Shown: positions 193,131-209,629, counted from the first letter of the stretch. The stretch is DNA of 248,000 nt from Octopus vulgaris (GCA_951406725.2 OX597821.1:102196001-102444000), one strand, 5' to 3'. A program made the numbers and translations. Notes: generated by a model from the letters alone, not told the origin.

Positions 193131-196100
193131 GTGTATATATATATATGAAACTTCACTAAAGTAATTTATACTTATGTGTGTGCATATGTATATATAAAAC
193201 AATAATGTATTGTTTTGAAGGTGACTTTTTTTTATATATAAATAATTAAATTTAATTAACTCTCGGAGTTGTTGGCGTTAGGAAGGGCATCCAGTTGGAG
193301 AAACTCTGCCAGATCAAGATTGAAGCCTGGAGCAGCCATCTGGCTTGCCAGCCCTCAGTCAAATTGTCCAACCCATGCTAGCATGGAAAGTAGACATTAA
193401 ACGACGATGATGATGCTGATGATGATGATATCTTATCTCAGAGAAACAAGTATTCTTTCACAAAATCCACTCAGGGACACATTGCTCAACACAGCTATCA
193501 CCCAACATAACAGCAAAATGCACATTCTATATACAGATACAAAGACAAACACTAAAACACTGGCAACAAAACAAATATCACAACAAATGCAAAACAAATG
193601 CAGTCAACTAATACAATTCCACAACCCTTAAAAGATGAAACTGCATGCCTCAGGAATAAGAAGCTGTACCAGGAGGTGCAGTAGAAGCTTGCATAAAACT
193701 GTTGATGACATAATAATAACAGTTTGTAAGGTGGCAAGCTGGCAGAAACTTTAGCACGCAGGGCGAAATGCTTAGTGATATTTCGTCTGTTTTAACGTTC
193801 TGAGTTAAAATCCTGCTGAGGTTGACTTTGCCGTTCATCTTTTCAGAGTCAACAAATTAAGTACCAGTTGCATACTGGAGTCGATCTAATTGACTGGCCC
193901 CACCTCCTCCAAAATTTTGGGCCTTGTGCCTAGATTAGAAAAGAATAATAATAGCTTGTAATATAAGCATTAGGCCTGAAATTTGGAGGAAGGAGTTAGT
194001 TGATTAAATGGACCCCATTATTTGAGAGGTATTTGTTTATTTTACCAATTCAAAATCGATGAAAGGCAAAGCTGATCTTGGAAAGATTTGAACTTGGATT
194101 ATAAAGATCCAGAACAAATATCACAAATGTGATGCTTTGATGTGCTTGAGAAGACTTGTCAAACCAAGTGAAATCAAAGTTACAGCTAGTGCCAGTGACA
194201 CGTAACCAATTCCATTCCGGTGACACGTAATGCACCTGTGCAGGTGATATGCGAAAGCATGCATACCAATGATTATGTAAAAACGCCCGAGCCAGTGACA
194301 CATAGAAGGCACCCACTAAACTCTCGGAGTGGTTGGCATTAGGAAGGTCATCCAGCCATAGAAATCAGGCCAAATCTTCAGCTTACCAGCTCCAGTCAAA
194401 CTGCCTAACCCATGCCAACTTGGAAAACAAATGCTAAATGATGATGATAATTGACACTATCACCACCAGATGAGAGGACTACAGTATTTCCCTGGTACAT
194501 TATTTTATTGGCACTTGAAGAGTGAAAAGTAAATTTGACCTTAAATGACAATGGTATTAATCATAATAATATTCATGATAATGATAATAATGATATTAAA
194601 TAAAAATCGAATATCTTTTTTTCAACCTCACCACAACAATATTTCCATTTGTCTGAATATTTATTTGCATATTTGTAAAAGCACTCTGGACGGAAAAAGT
194701 CAAAGGCTGACCCCCACAAACGTTCAAACATATACACCCACGTAAATATATAAATTATATATGATGTATATATATATATATTATATACACACAAATCCAC
194801 ATACAAATACCCTCTAATATCTATGTGTATGTGTACACGCAAAAACACACACACACATATATATATATATATAATAGTTGTCATTTAATGAAAAAATAAA
194901 AAAACAAAAATATAACAACAGTCCATTAATTGGCTGAAATAATTGAATAATATCATGTGTGTGTGTATATATATGTATGTATATAACTTTTCAAAGTGGA
195001 TGGAAAAAGGATGAATAATGAATACAGTGCAGAGACCTCCTTGCCATCTCCCATACTTTGCTAACAGCAAACGGAACAAGAATTGATAATATCATACCAC
195101 CACCACTACCATCACAACACATTTTATTATGTCATGACAACCTCCGCACCCCAAAGTCTGTTTCCCATTTTTGTTGTGCTGTTATTTCTGATGACATCAA
195201 TGCCTGAACACAAGCTGGCAACAATAAGTTGTCGACATTTGGAAAGCTCCTGACTGACTTAGTAAATAATGGAAATATAATATACTTAGGTGAAACAACA
195301 ACAGACAAACTGCAGCAGCACCAATAGTGAAAACAAAAACAGCAACAGCTGAGAAGAGAGAGAGGAGGGAGGAGAGAAAGGAGAGCGAGGAAGGGTGGTG
195401 GTGGTGGTTGATAGCTTTTGAAGTAAAACAAGGATAAATGTCAGAAAATATGATTGGGCTTGAATTATTACGCTTGCAAAACAATTGCTTGTACATTATT
195501 TATTTACCTAGCCATTATGGAAAAAAAAAAAAAAAAAAAAAAAAAGAAAAGAAAAAGAGAAAAAGATCCTTGTCATTGACAACTTGGTTAATCAGTAACA
195601 AGTAATTAATAGCTATGTTACGTCTCTGAATATTTACTAGCATAAATGCATGTAGCTGTGAGAGTGTGTATGTTTCTCTACGATTGTTGCATATATGCCT
195701 GTGTCATAAAATGTGTGTGTATATACATGCATGTGTCTAGAGTGAACAGAGGTTAAGCAGAGAAGTGAGGACTCTTTGGCTTTGCAGCAGACAAGGCAAC
195801 ACCTCTCATGGTGGTGCTGTAATAAAATGCACCCACAGCAGACTCAATGAAATCGTTGGTGTTACAAAGTCATCCAGACATAGAAACCACACAAAATAAA
195901 ACAGACAAGCGAGATGCAGTTCTCTGACCTGGATAAGATCTGCATTGGTCTGTGATGCCCATCCACTCCACACCAGCATCGAAAGCAGGTTGTATGAGTA
196001 TGATGGTGATGATGACAATGATGGTCATACAGCTGGTCATAAATATATAATCAAGTATACACACATACATATGCAACTACACAGGCAAATAAACACACGC

Positions 196101-197466
196101 AAACATAATCATGTACACATGCAAGGACATATTCATCTAGTTACCCACTGTTAGGAAAACCAGAGACTTTCTGCTCTGGGCACAATAAATAAATACATAA
196201 ATGAATATATAAAATTTCCATACTTGTGTATTTTTATGAATTCGTAATTATTCTCTGCATATCCAAGTATTTTATGATTTGCTTAGGTATAGCAATACTA
196301 ATAACTGGTTGCTACAATGCAATATGTTTATGCTTTAAAATATGAGTAGGTGTTTTACATGCATACCTGCCTGCCTGCCTATATATATATTTATATGTTT
196401 CAGCCCAAGGTGCCACACAGTGGGACTGAACCTCCAACTACATGGTTCTGGGTTCAGTCCCATTGCATGGCATTTTGAGCAAGTGTCTTCCTTGAGAGTG
196501 GATTTGTCAGATGGAAACTGAAAGAAGCCTGTTATGTGTACATATATATATATATATATCATCATCATCGTTTAACGTCCGCTTTCCATGCTAGCATGGG
196601 TTGGACGATTTGACTGAGGTCTGGCGAACCAGATGGCTGCACCAGGCTCCAATCTGATCTGGCAGAGTTTCTAAAAGAGCGTTGTCAGAGTTCGCTATGG
196701 GGAGTTGAACCCCGCATCCCTGAGACTGGTTGAGTGTCCTGACCATTAAGCTAAACAGCTGTCTCCTCTCATCATTGCTTGACAACTGGTGTTGATGTGT
196801 TTACATCCCTGTAACTTAGCGGTTTGTCGAGACCAATAGAATAAGTAGTAGGTTTAAAAATAAGACCTGGGGTTGAATTGTTTGACAAAAACATTTTAAG
196901 TTGGTGCTCCAGTATGGCTACAGTCTAATGACTGAAACAAGTAAAAGAATATGTGTGTGCGTGTATAGACACACAGAAACACACACATGGTAATTCAGAC
197001 GTTGCTTTAGCATTTAAATGACATATAAATTTCTAATTTTCATACTGTTACAATTTTTACATTTCTTTATTCATTGTTAATACTGTCGCTGCTATTTTGT
197101 TCTGGATATCTTTCGATATGCATATTGTTTCACATATTTTAAACAAATGCCAAGAGGATGTTAATTCTCTTAAAAGCAGTCAGTCGTACATGTTCAAAGG
197201 ATGTTGAAACAAGAAATAGATTGGAATTCTGCTAACCATGTTTCAAATGATTTAATGCTATAAAGCTCAGGCAAAGACTTGCTCAAGTCGGAGAGGCCAA
197301 ACAGCTTCAGTGAAACACAGCCACCTGGTGGAGCCCTCCATTTACTTGACTTCCAAATGAAAGGATCTATTTGTCAACTTTAACCAAGGAGGGATCTATT
197401 TGTTCACTTTAGCTAAGTCCTTGCTATCAGTGCTAAAACCTGGTGTATATAAAAAAAGCTTTTGAA

Positions 197467-197504
<38 letters not shown>

Positions 197505-197749
197505 AAATGATCATCATCATCCTCTTTTCCATGCTCACATGGTTTGGGCAGAATTTGCTGAAGCAAATTTTCTAGGGTCAGATGCCCTTCCTAACTTATT
197601 TCTAAGTAAGGTAACATTTCCACAAGACCAGACATGCCACAGAAGAATGGAGCTTATCACAAAGCCACACCTTTATATATATATATATATACACACACAC
197701 ATATATATACATGCACACACACTTTATTGTTAATTGCCATGTATATATG

Positions 197750-198170
197750 TGTACAAGATTTGTTCAAAAAGTATCCAACCTTTAAGCATAAAAGAAAAAA
197801 AACATCCCAATTTTGCTCATTTCACAAATTTTATTTAATCACCTTCAAAATAGGCTCCTCAAGAATTCACACACTTCTTCCAGCAGTTCTGCCACTGCTG
197901 GTAACACCTCTGGAATTATATGGAGATCTGCTGTTGCTTTTCTCATAATTTCCCCTCGTGACTCAAATTGCTTCCCTTCCAGTATGGTTTTCAGATAGGG
198001 GACGAGCCAGAAATCATACAGTGCCAAGTCAAAAGAGTTGAACAAATGGTATGTTGTTTTTGACCAGAAAGCTTGGATGATGTGGGCGGAATGAGCAGGT
198101 GTATCGTTGTGGTGAAGTCGCCAATTCTTTGCTGCCCACAAATTTGGCCACTTTCGACTCACAGCATCAT
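197750..198170 (-). mobile_element. mariner transposase 3' remnant
   Basis: WRLHHNDTPAHSAH...FDLALYDFWLVPYLKTILEGKQFES (D,D34D C-terminal part) plus TIR-like ttcaaaaagtatcc. Confidence 0.85.
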
Positions 198171-201100
198171 GAAGGCGACATATTAATCTCCACTTGAGTT
198201 CTGGCTATCAACACTGTCAGATTCCAGACAAGTATAGAAAATCCTGGCTTCACTTGACAACCATTGTTGGTGTGTTTACATCCCCCATAACTTAGTGGTT
198301 TGGTAAAAGAGACCAATAGAATAAGTACTATGCTTAAAAAGTAAGTTCTGGGGTTGATTTGCTCAACTAAAGCCCTTCAAGGCAGTGCTCCATCATGGTC
198401 ACAATGAAATGACTGAAACAAGTAAAGGAGTAAAAGAGTGGCAACAATTCCTTATTTTCTTTTGCCAATTGTTTTGTTAACCTAGAAGGTCCCATAGTTA
198501 CGCTCATTTAGGTGGAATTATAATTCAAAATCACAAGTCCTGTCCTTGTTGCAGTGTAATAGCTTGGATACCTCAATGACTGAGGGCTATGCCAGCAGAG
198601 ATCAAGCTCTTGATAGAGCCTTTCATACTAGACAGGTCGAAAAATAGAGGCCAGACTAATGTGGGTCACCTCTTTCCTGAAGTAAAAATTGGATTTTGTA
198701 GGGACAACACCCCTACCTAGAAAAATGCAAAGTTACAGAAGCATTGCCGACAATTCAAAGCCAACAAGACTTGGGAGAGGAAGACCTTCCCTTAAAGAAA
198801 CCGATGACAAAGCAGCAAAATTCTAAAGGAAGCTACAAGGAAAAGCAGAAAAGATAGTCCAGCATTGAGAAGAGTGAAGGTACATTGTCCATGGTCTATG
198901 TCCCTGGGGGAATGAAGGATTTAAGTGAAGTGGTATCTCAAAAACTTTGATGCTTCTTTCTGGTGATGTTACTCTTAGTATTACATTTCCTCACATTCTG
199001 TCCTTTTGGTGAGGCCAACTCAGCCAAAGGAATTCCCCCAACTGCAGCATTTTATTTGAATGTAACAAGGATTTTACATGACATAAATTGGCTCCACTCT
199101 CACTTCACAGTCAAGTGGTTAACAGTAAGTGGGACATCCTGCAGTATTTAAGTACCACCACCTCCCGTCATAATGGCTCAAATGTCCAAATTTGTATAAA
199201 ACAATCCCAGCTATATGAGGTTATACGTCATAAATACCAATTTTAGACAAACGCAAAATTATGCTATAGTGCTGAACAATGAAGCTTCTTAATATACTTG
199301 CCCAAAGTGCTATGCAGTGAGATTGAACCCAAGCCATGTGGATGGGAGGCAAACTTCTTAACCACATGGCTATGCTATATACGTACCAAATTGCATCTAC
199401 ACACACATATACACTGTGCAGAATTACACATACTGCTTCAATTCTCGTGTGCTGTTTGATGTATTTGACAATAGTCTCCATTGCAAGTCATTGATAATAG
199501 TGTCTTAGACGAATTATCATGAAAACAGCAACACATTAAATAGTGAATGTCTTCTTCACATCAATTTCCTGTACAGAAAAATCTGCTTGCTGAATGGTGG
199601 TCTTGGATTATTGGTGATTTGGGATCTGCACTACCATGCCTCCAACGAACAAAAGGAAGAAGGAATACAGGAGACGTGTAAGCTGTAACAAAGTGCAGAA
199701 CATATAGGACAGCAGCAATTTTGAGGAGGTGGGGACATGTTGATTACAATGAGTGCAGTACTTGACTGTTACTTTATTTTATTGATCCTGGAAGGATGGA
199801 AGGCATACTTGACCTTGGAGGGATATGAACTCAGGAGGAAATATTAAGCATTTTCTCTGATGCACTAATGATTCTGCCAGTTCTCCACAACAACAACAAC
199901 AATAATAATGGGCTTAAATTTTGCTACAAGGGCAGTAGTTTTGAGGAGGTGGGAATCAGTCAATTACATCAACCCCAGTGTTTAACTGGTACTTATTTTA
200001 TTGACTGCAAAAGGATGAAAGGCAAAGTTGACCTCAGAACATATGAACTCAGGAGGAAATATTAAGCATTTTCTCTGATGCACTAATGATTCTGCCAGTT
200101 CTCCACAACAACAACAACAATAATAATGGGCTTAAATTTTGCTACAAGGGCAGGCCTGAAAGTTTGAGGGAAGGGGTAAGCTGATTACAGTGAACCCAGT
200201 GCTCAACTGGAACTTACTGATGTAAAAGGATGAAAAGCAAAGTTGACCTCAGCAGAATTTGAACTTGGAACCAGATGAAATGCTGGTAACAATAATAATA
200301 ATCCTTTCTACAATAGGCACAAAGCCTGGAATTTATAAGGAGAGAACTAGTTGATTATATTGATCCTAGCACATGACTGGTACTTATTTCATCGACCCTG
200401 AAAAGATGAAGGGCAAAGTTGATAAAAATGGTTTCCAATTTTAGCAGAAGGCCAATAGTTTTGATGGAAGAGGTAGGTAACCCCTTAGGAACCCTGAAAG
200501 GATAAACAGGTATAGTTAGCCTCAGTGGGATTTGAACTCAGAACATAACATGTTGGAGGAAATGCTACTTAGCAGTTTGTTGGATGCACTAATGATTCTG
200601 CCAGCTCAGCACGACAGTAACTCAACATGATAAGACTAGAGGGAACTCCTTAGTCCTGTCCAGACAATCTCTCTAGTGGCAGTAATATGATAAACTGCAC
200701 TCAGTCTATACTTCATACTGTAAAAAAACAAACCTACTTGCCATACAAAAGGAATTAGCAGTTTTCTCTTTTGGTGTGTGTATGTGTGTGTACTAGATGA
200801 CATGCAGTGAGGTACCAAGCAGGAGCTGACCCATGCAACATATGCTGCCATAGACGAGTTGACAGTTTTCACTGGCATATGTTGGAGGAAGTAAAATAGC
200901 TTTTTTATAGAGTTTATAGATAGTACTTACCACCAAGTCAGTCCTGACTGAACAGACTTACGATGAAAGATATTCCAGCCTCAACTGTCCAGTCTGTTTT
201001 TCAGAAACAGAAGGGTATGAACTGGAGTTTTTATTTTGCTTTTGATCTGCTGTTCTTAGGTCATGAGTAATAAATATCTTTGATCTGATAAAAATCACTT

Positions 201101-203216
201101 TGCAACCAACAATCCTTTCATATATCGCTGTTGTTGTGATTGTCCTTATCATAATTTAACATCCACTTTTCCATGCTTGCACAAGCCAAATGGGATTTGT
201201 TCAGGCAGATTTTCTTCCTGCTGCCAACTCCCACCTGTTTCCAAGGTAATATTTCCCCATGGCCAGACGTGTTTTACACAGAAGACTGGAAACAAGCAGT
201301 CTCATTTGTATGATGATGATGATGATGATGTTCATTTACAACCATCACATGATGTCTAAACAAGAACATGCACACACACACACACACACACAATGGGCAT
201401 TTTTTAGTTTCCATCTACTAACTCAACAGATAAGGCCTTGGTTAATCCAAGGCTTTAGCAAGAGACACTTGCTTAGGGTACCATGCAGTCAGCTGACCCC
201501 AAGACTACAAGGTTGGGAAGTAAACTTCTTAACCACACAGCCATGCCTGCATATATACCACTGTCTTGACAACTATCACCTGTTTCATGTGTTTGTATTT
201601 CTCTCACTTATAGTTCCTGGGTTGACCAATGCTTTGTGAATGAATTTTGGTGGACAGAAACTGTACAAAAACCCATCATATATATATATCATCATCATCG
201701 TCGTTTAACGTCCGTTCTCCATGCTAGCATGGGTTGGACGGTTCGACCGGGGATCTGGGAAGCCAGAAGGCTGCACCAGGCTCCAGTCTTATCTGGCAGT
201801 GTTTCTACAGCTGGATGCCCTTCCTAACGCCAACCACTCCGTGAGTGTAGTGGGTGCTTTTTACGTGCCACCTGCACAGGTGCCAGGCGAGGCTGGCAAC
201901 GGCCACGGTCGGATTGGTGTATTTTATGTGCCACCAGCACGGAAGCCAGACGAGGCGGTGCTGGCATCGGCTACGAGTCGGATGGTGCTTTTTACGTACC
202001 ACCAGACCAGGGATCCTGGCTGGTTCAATTCGATTTCGATTTCGCTTGCCCCAACATGTCTTCGCAAGCAAGGGGGTTGGCATGGGTGCCTGTTGTACGG
202101 TCAGATTGGTGTATTTTACGTGCCACCGGCACGGAAGCCAGTGGAGGCGGCACTGGCATATATATATATCTATATGTGTTTGTCTCTACATAGACACCAC
202201 TTGCGTTGTGGTAACATTTGTTCTACAGCGCAGTGTTTCAATGCACACCTTACTCGAAAACGTGTAAGGATTAGTACCAAGAAGGCATCCAACTATAGAA
202301 CACTGTTTCAAGAAGTGTTGCCAAAACGATGGCCATGGACAAAGTGATTGTAAAAACAAAATAATGATGGTGATGGTGTCCATGACTTTTCATTATCAAA
202401 GGTGATTGACCTCATTAACCTTTTTTTTTGAGAAAATCTGGCATCTACCCACAACAGCTAAGAGCCTAGTTAATAGGGATTTGAATTCATAAATCATGAA
202501 CAGGTAGCCCAATACTTCATCAGCTCAGCATTTAGCTTCTCTTTTTAGCAGGATACACATAAAAAAAAAATGTATGCTTGACCACTGTGCTAATATGATC
202601 ACTTGCAGGAATCCTAATAGATTTAATTTAATTACCTAATCATCCTGTAGTTAGATCTCATAAGACAAATTCAGTGAAGTAGTTATCCTATCATGAATAC
202701 TAATAAACATTAACTCATTAATATACAAACAGCATACAGATATGCTAATGATCAATTATCGATACATTGATTATCAAGGAGTTCTCAGGATATTCATTTT
202801 CTTTCATCTTTGTTTTGCTTTTTTGTTTCTTTTTCTTATAATTTTTTCATTAATTCCTTTATTCATTTATTTATTTATTTTAGGAATACAGAATTATCTA
202901 GACTTCCTCTATGTGATACTATTCATTATCTAGATTTGGTAATATATCACCAACCATGTTAAAATATCCACTTTTCCATGCATGCATGGGTCGGATGGAA
203001 TTTGTTGAGTTGGATTTTTCTATGACTGAATGGCCTTCCTGTTGCCAATCCTCACCTGTTTCCCCATAACCTGACATGTTTTCATGGAAGATTGAAAATG
203101 GAAGACATTGCTTGCATCATGATGGTGACACTCATGTACAACTATCTTGCGAAGTCAAGGCAAGGAGGTAGTTACACACATACTCATACACATAAGTGTA
203201 TGTGTGTGTGTGTGTG

Positions 203217-203252
<36 letters not shown>

Positions 203253-203698
203253 TATAGGCGCAGGAGTGGCTGTGTGGTAAGTAGCTTGCTTACCAACCAC
203301 ATGGTTCTGGGTTCAGTCCCACTCTGTGGCACCTTGGGCAAGTGTCTTCTACTATAGCCTTGGGCTGACCAAAGCCTTGTGAGTGGATTTGGTAGACGGA
203401 AACTGAAAGAAGGCTGTTGTATATATCATCATCATCATTTAACATCCGCTTTCCATGCTAGCATGGGTTGGATGGTTCGACCGCGGATCTGGGAAGCCAG
203501 AAGGCTGCACCAGGCTCCAGTCTGATCTGGCAGTGTTTCTACAGCTGGATGCCCTTCCTAATGCCAACCACTCCGAGAGTGTAGTGGGTGCTTTTTACGT
203601 GCCACCCGCACACATACACTGATTATATCTGCATGTATTATCTTTATTTTAACATCCATTATATACATATATATCATATATATATATATATATATGTG

Positions 203699-203762
<64 letters not shown>

Positions 203763-203773
203763 ATCCAGGCTCC

Positions 203774-203820
<47 letters not shown>

Positions 203821-205706
203821 GTGTGTGTGTATATGTTTGTGTGTCTGTTTGTCCCCCCAACATGTCAAGCTAAATGAATTGTGGTTGTTACCAGTGCTGG
203901 TGACATGTAAAAACACACAGCACACGTGGTTGGTGTTAGGAAGGGCATCCAGCTGTAGAAACCAAGCCAAAACAGATGGCTGGAGCCTGGTGCAGCTCTC
204001 CAGTTTACCAGTTCCAATCAAGCCATCTAACCCATGCTAGCATGGAAAATGGATGTTAAATGATGATGATGATGATGCGCTAGAGCATATGTTCTCAAAG
204101 TGGCTACTACTGCCCCCTCCACCCCCTGTGGGCGTTGAAGATGGTCCAGGTGGGCGCTGGTGCCTAAGGTGGAAGTGGGGGCAGTAGAGAAAAAGGAGGA
204201 GTTGCGAGGAAGGCAGTGGATTGGGGTACGCTATGAATTTATTATAATATTATTATAGTATTGTATTCAAATTATATAATATTATATTAAATATGAAATG
204301 ATTCATAATATATATAAATTAGTAAAATATAAAATATGCATTTATACATAAAAATAGGGGTGGGGACGCTGAGGGTATTATGTGGCCATGAGTGGGGGTG
204401 GTGGTCCAAAAAGTTTGAGAACCTCTGCACTAGAGTGTAACCTGTCATATGATGGGCAAATGAACCAACCTTTATCAGCTATTATACTGAGACACACACA
204501 TACCATATATAATTTTATTGTACCTGAACTTCTTTTATATCTGTCACTCAGGTTACTCAAGGATTTTCTCTGTTGGCTGAAGGAATTAACAAAAGTTCCC
204601 ATTTCTAAGAACGATAAAAACTAAATCAATAAAAATCACACTTACCTTTAATATCTACTTTCTATTCCAGATGTGTCAAAGTTAAAAACATATTTAATTC
204701 CTGTTGAAAAAGAAAATAAATTGTTATTTATTTAATTGGTATTAATTAACCCAACACTCCACAAAAAAAAAAAAGAAAAATAAATACACAAGCCAGAGAT
204801 AGAAAATGGCAAAGTGATGAGGTAAGCTGAGCTTCAATCAAAGTTTTAAGAGGAGTTAAGGTAAGAGACAAACTTATAGTTGTTAGAATTACCATATTTA
204901 CTTATGCTTAAGTTGCACTGTTTTATATATAATTTTAACTGAAAATTTGGAGTGGTGGCACGTAAAAGCACCCACTACACTCTTGGAGTGGTTGGTGTTA
205001 GGAAGGGAATCCAGCTGTAGAAACTCTGCCAGATCAAGATTGGAGCCTGGTGCAGCCATCCGGTTCACCAGTCCTCAGTCAAATCGTCCAGCCCATGCGA
205101 GCATGGAAAGCGGATGTTAACTGATGATGACTTATACCAGGGGTAAAGCTACAACTGTGAAAGGAAAAAATTCGGTACAAAGACTTAACACTAAAGTAGG
205201 AGTGCGAGTAATACATTATTCTATTTTCTATTGCAAGTCCCCTCCAAATACCCAATCAATTGAAAACACTTTAGCATGGCTGGATTCAGCCAGACATTTT
205301 TCTCCCTTTATTGTGTTTGCAACTTGAAGCATAATTTACACTCATTCTGTTGTTGTTTTAGGAAACTGCAGATAAAAACAAATAAACGATAAAATATACC
205401 ATGGCATGTTCTGCTGAAGCTTGTGTTTTTCTATCATCTCACTTGCACTACAGCATTACTACACCCTACTGTTACACATTCAGTGAGGAATGCTCTCTTC
205501 ATTTCTTCCCAGCATTTATGCATTGTCTGCATTCAATGCTCTCGTTCTATTAATGTATGCACAGGCATGGCTGTGTGATGCAGGTCACTTTGCAACCACA
205601 TGGGTTTCAGGCTCAGTTCCATTATAGTGGCACCTTGAGCAAGTGTCTTCCACTATTGCTAATAACATAATAGAACATTATAGCACAAAAGCATAACTTG
205701 TATTTA

Positions 205707-205760
<54 letters not shown>

Positions 205761-207376
205761 TTTCACTCCTAAGACAGAAGGAATGTTCTTGAGCCTTCCT
205801 GGCACATCCAGTTTTTCAAAGAATTTCTTATTCCAAATGACTTGGAGAGCATGAAGCAAGTGAGCTATATATTGACAGAAGAAATTCTAACAGAATAGAT
205901 GAACTTGTGACTTTGAAATAAATGAGTGGCAGATGTAAAGGAACACATACATTATTTAATAAACACGAGATATAAATGTAAGTTGCTATAAGTTTCCTGC
206001 TCTGCTGTACAGCAATCAGACATGTTTGACTGACTATTGTACTATTGGAGCTTTCATGAGTCAGAGAGAACTTGTTGAGACAGATTTTCTATGCCCAGAT
206101 GCCCTTCCTGTCAACAATCTTCACCTGTTTCCAAGTAAAAATAATACTTCCCCACAGTTAGACATGTTTTCAACAGAAGAGAAGAAAGAAACAACCTCAC
206201 TCGTATAACAATAATGCTCTTTTACGATTATCACATGATGTCTAAACAAAGGCATATACTAACACACACACACATGATGGGTTACTTTCAGTTTCCCTCA
206301 ATCAAACCCACTCACAAGGCTTTGGTTGACCTGGGGCTATAATAGAAGACACTTGACCAAAATGCCGTGCAGTGCGACTGACCGCAAGGCCGTATGGTTG
206401 GGAAGCAAGCTTCTCAAGCACACAGTCACACCTGCAAACACACACACACACACACACACTTTTAATAATATTTAGCAGAAGTAACTGAGTGACTCAAAGT
206501 CTGAGAGTTTCATGCACTGGCATTTAAGTGCCAATGCATGAAACTCTCAGACGTTTTGTCATTTTGTCACTTCTGCTAAATATTAATAAAAATATTCAGA
206601 GTGTAAGCGCCCTGAGAGAACAGTTGGACATATGAAGCATCAGATGTGGTGTGCTAGAGAGACGACTACGTTGGTAGGGTCATGTGTTGTGTATGGATGA
206701 GGATAGCTGTGTGAAGAAGTGTCGCACCCTAACAGTGGAGGGAACTTGTGGAAGAGGTAGACCCAGGAGGACAGGAGGTGAAGTGATGGAGCACGATCTT
206801 CGAATATTGGGCTTCACAGAAGCAATGACAAGCGACCGAGACCTTTGGAGATATGCTATAGTTTAGAAGACCGGGCAAACCAAGTCAGCTTGTAGCCGTG
206901 ATTGATGCCAGTGTCACATAACTGGCCTGTTTAAAAGTATCCTTCAATTGTTGGGGCAATATGTTATACTTGAGAAGACCTGCTGAGTCAAGTGAAATCG
207001 TGGTCATGGCCAATGCCAATGCTAGTGGCACATAAAAAACACTATTTGAGCGTGGTCAATGCCAGTGCTGCTTGACTGGCCCCTGTGTCGGTGGCATGTA
207101 AAAAGCACCATTTGAGCATGGTTGATGCTAGTGCTGCCTAACTCGCCCCCATAAAAAGCACCCACTACACTCAGTGGTTGGCTTAGGAAGGGCATCCAGC
207201 TTTAGAAACCTTGCCAGATCAGACTGGAGCCTGGTTCAGCCTCCTGGCTCGCCAGCCCTCGGTCAAACTGCCCAACCCATGTCAGCATGGAAAGTGGACG
207301 TTAAACGATAATGATGATGATACATACTCATATTTTGAGTTCTATTTTCCCTGTTTGCACCAACATACATACATAC

Positions 207377-207430
<54 letters not shown>

Positions 207431-209629
207431 GTACAAATCCCATACCCAGTCCACGCTGTAAAAATACACAACACCAAAGTGAGAAGGTTTTCTTTGTGTA
207501 AGATGACATGGACCATGACAACTTGTCCAACTCATGAAAGCATGAAAGAAAAAAAAAACCTACTGATATAATATGACAATGATTAATGACAATATCTATG
207601 AGTAAAGATTTTTCATAATATAAACACATGCTTGCACACATCAACAAACTTGAGCATCGCTACACACAAAATACAGACAATGCATTTTAGATGTAAGTTA
207701 TCTCAAAATGAATTACAATAGTTTATTTAGCCATTTGTAATTTTCAGTTTTATTGTACTGGTTTACAACAAGTGTTAGGTGAATGACACAATTAATCAGC
207801 TTATGGAGAAATTGAAACAGACAGGACATTGATCTTTCATCAGAGGCAGTCATTTTTCTTGGTAACTTTACAGCTTATAAAAAGAGCCAACACAGATGCC
207901 TACTTACAGATCCAGATTGAAAATATAAATAAACAATTTCAGTATTTTTACCTGCTAAAGAATGAAAATATATATATATATATATATATAGTCTGCTGAA
208001 ATGATTCGAAAACACAACACCTAATAACCTAATGATATAGCTTTACTACTGCTCTGATGAGATTTTGCCTAATATAATGATTTAATTATTGCTATTTAAC
208101 CTTTTAGGCTTAATTGAAACAGCTGTAAGAGAATATGTTGGATTTTTGCAGATAATGAATTATATTAATGCTACAACTCCATTTTCTCAAGATAATTCTC
208201 CTAAATAAAGAAGACAAGACTGAGAATAATGAAGAATGTGAGGGAGAGCCTGCATTAACACATGTTTATAGATTGCTGAACCAATGAGAGGGGCGGCTGG
208301 TGCCATTGAGTGAGCCACTATACAACAAACAGAAATAACAGCTCAATCAGTCTTAAAAGCTAACCTGCTATTTCAGTTGCTAATATATAAAATGAAAGAA
208401 TGGTCTCAGCTGGAACATCATTGTATGTCAGAGATGATCTGAAGCTAAACACTATATTTAATGGTTCTACATGTCCAAGGGCCAAATCCTGTGAGCAACC
208501 ACAACCTGTGATTAAAACTGATACAAAAGACTGCGCTGAGTTGCTGTGTGGTAAGAAGCTTACTTCCCAATCATATGGTTACAGGTTCAGTCCCACTGTG
208601 AGGAACTTTGGGCAAGTGTCTTCTACAATAACCTTGGGCCAATGAAAGTCTTGTGAGTGGATTTTGTAGACGGAAAGTGAAAAGAAGCCTGTTGTATATA
208701 TATTTGTGTATGGATGTGTGTGTGTGTTTATGTTTGTGCCCAACTGCTGTTTGACAATTAATATTGGTGAGTTTATGTACCCATAACTTAGCAGTTCAGT
208801 AAAGGGGTCTGATAGAATAAGTACCAGGTTTAAAAAAATAAAATTAAACACTGGAATTGATTCATTCAACTAAAATTCTTTAAGGTGGTGCCTCAGCATG
208901 GCCACAATCTAGTGACTAAAACAAGTAAAAGAGTAAAATGAAATAACAAAGCTAAATACTAGACACGTACATGGGGAGGACTTAAATAAAATATCACAAA
209001 TCAGGATGCTTAATAAAGACTCCTTAATATAAGAGAGATAAGGGACAGCCAGGAAACAATGTTAAGTGAAAATCTTGGAGGCAAACTGATAGATAAAGAC
209101 ACCTGAGGCATAAACTACAACTAGAATTAGAAAAGACAAGCTCATTAAGGAACCTCTAATGGTCACATGACCTCCTAGAAATAGCAGTCAAATCTCCTTT
209201 AAATTACAGCCTATTGTCTTAAAACAAAAAGAGGAGAAAGGACACTGAATAAGATAATCTTTACAAGGAAAGTGGAGATTGATGGTCATGGCTGGAACAC
209301 ATCATTATCATCGTTTAACGTCCGCTTTCCATGCTAGCATGTGTTGGACGATTTTGACTGAGGGCTGGCGAACCAGATGGCTGCACCAGGCTTCAATCTT
209401 GATTTGGCAGAGTTTCTACAGCTGGAACACATTTCATTATAATATGTCTACTTAATCTGGGCTGACCTAAGGCTAAGCAATTACAGCACAACCAATTATA
209501 ATCTCTCGAGTCTTGCATGCATTATCCTGGCCTCTTCAAATGCTAGATACGATAGAGCTGTTATCACTGATAACAGCTATATTGTATCTAGAGGGATTTG
209601 TTCATCACAGCAATTAATTAATGCATCAC

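Noticed and set aside
199820-200160. ~220-bp tandem duplication
   Set aside because: Both units are decayed SINE-B sequence; an ordinary local duplication.
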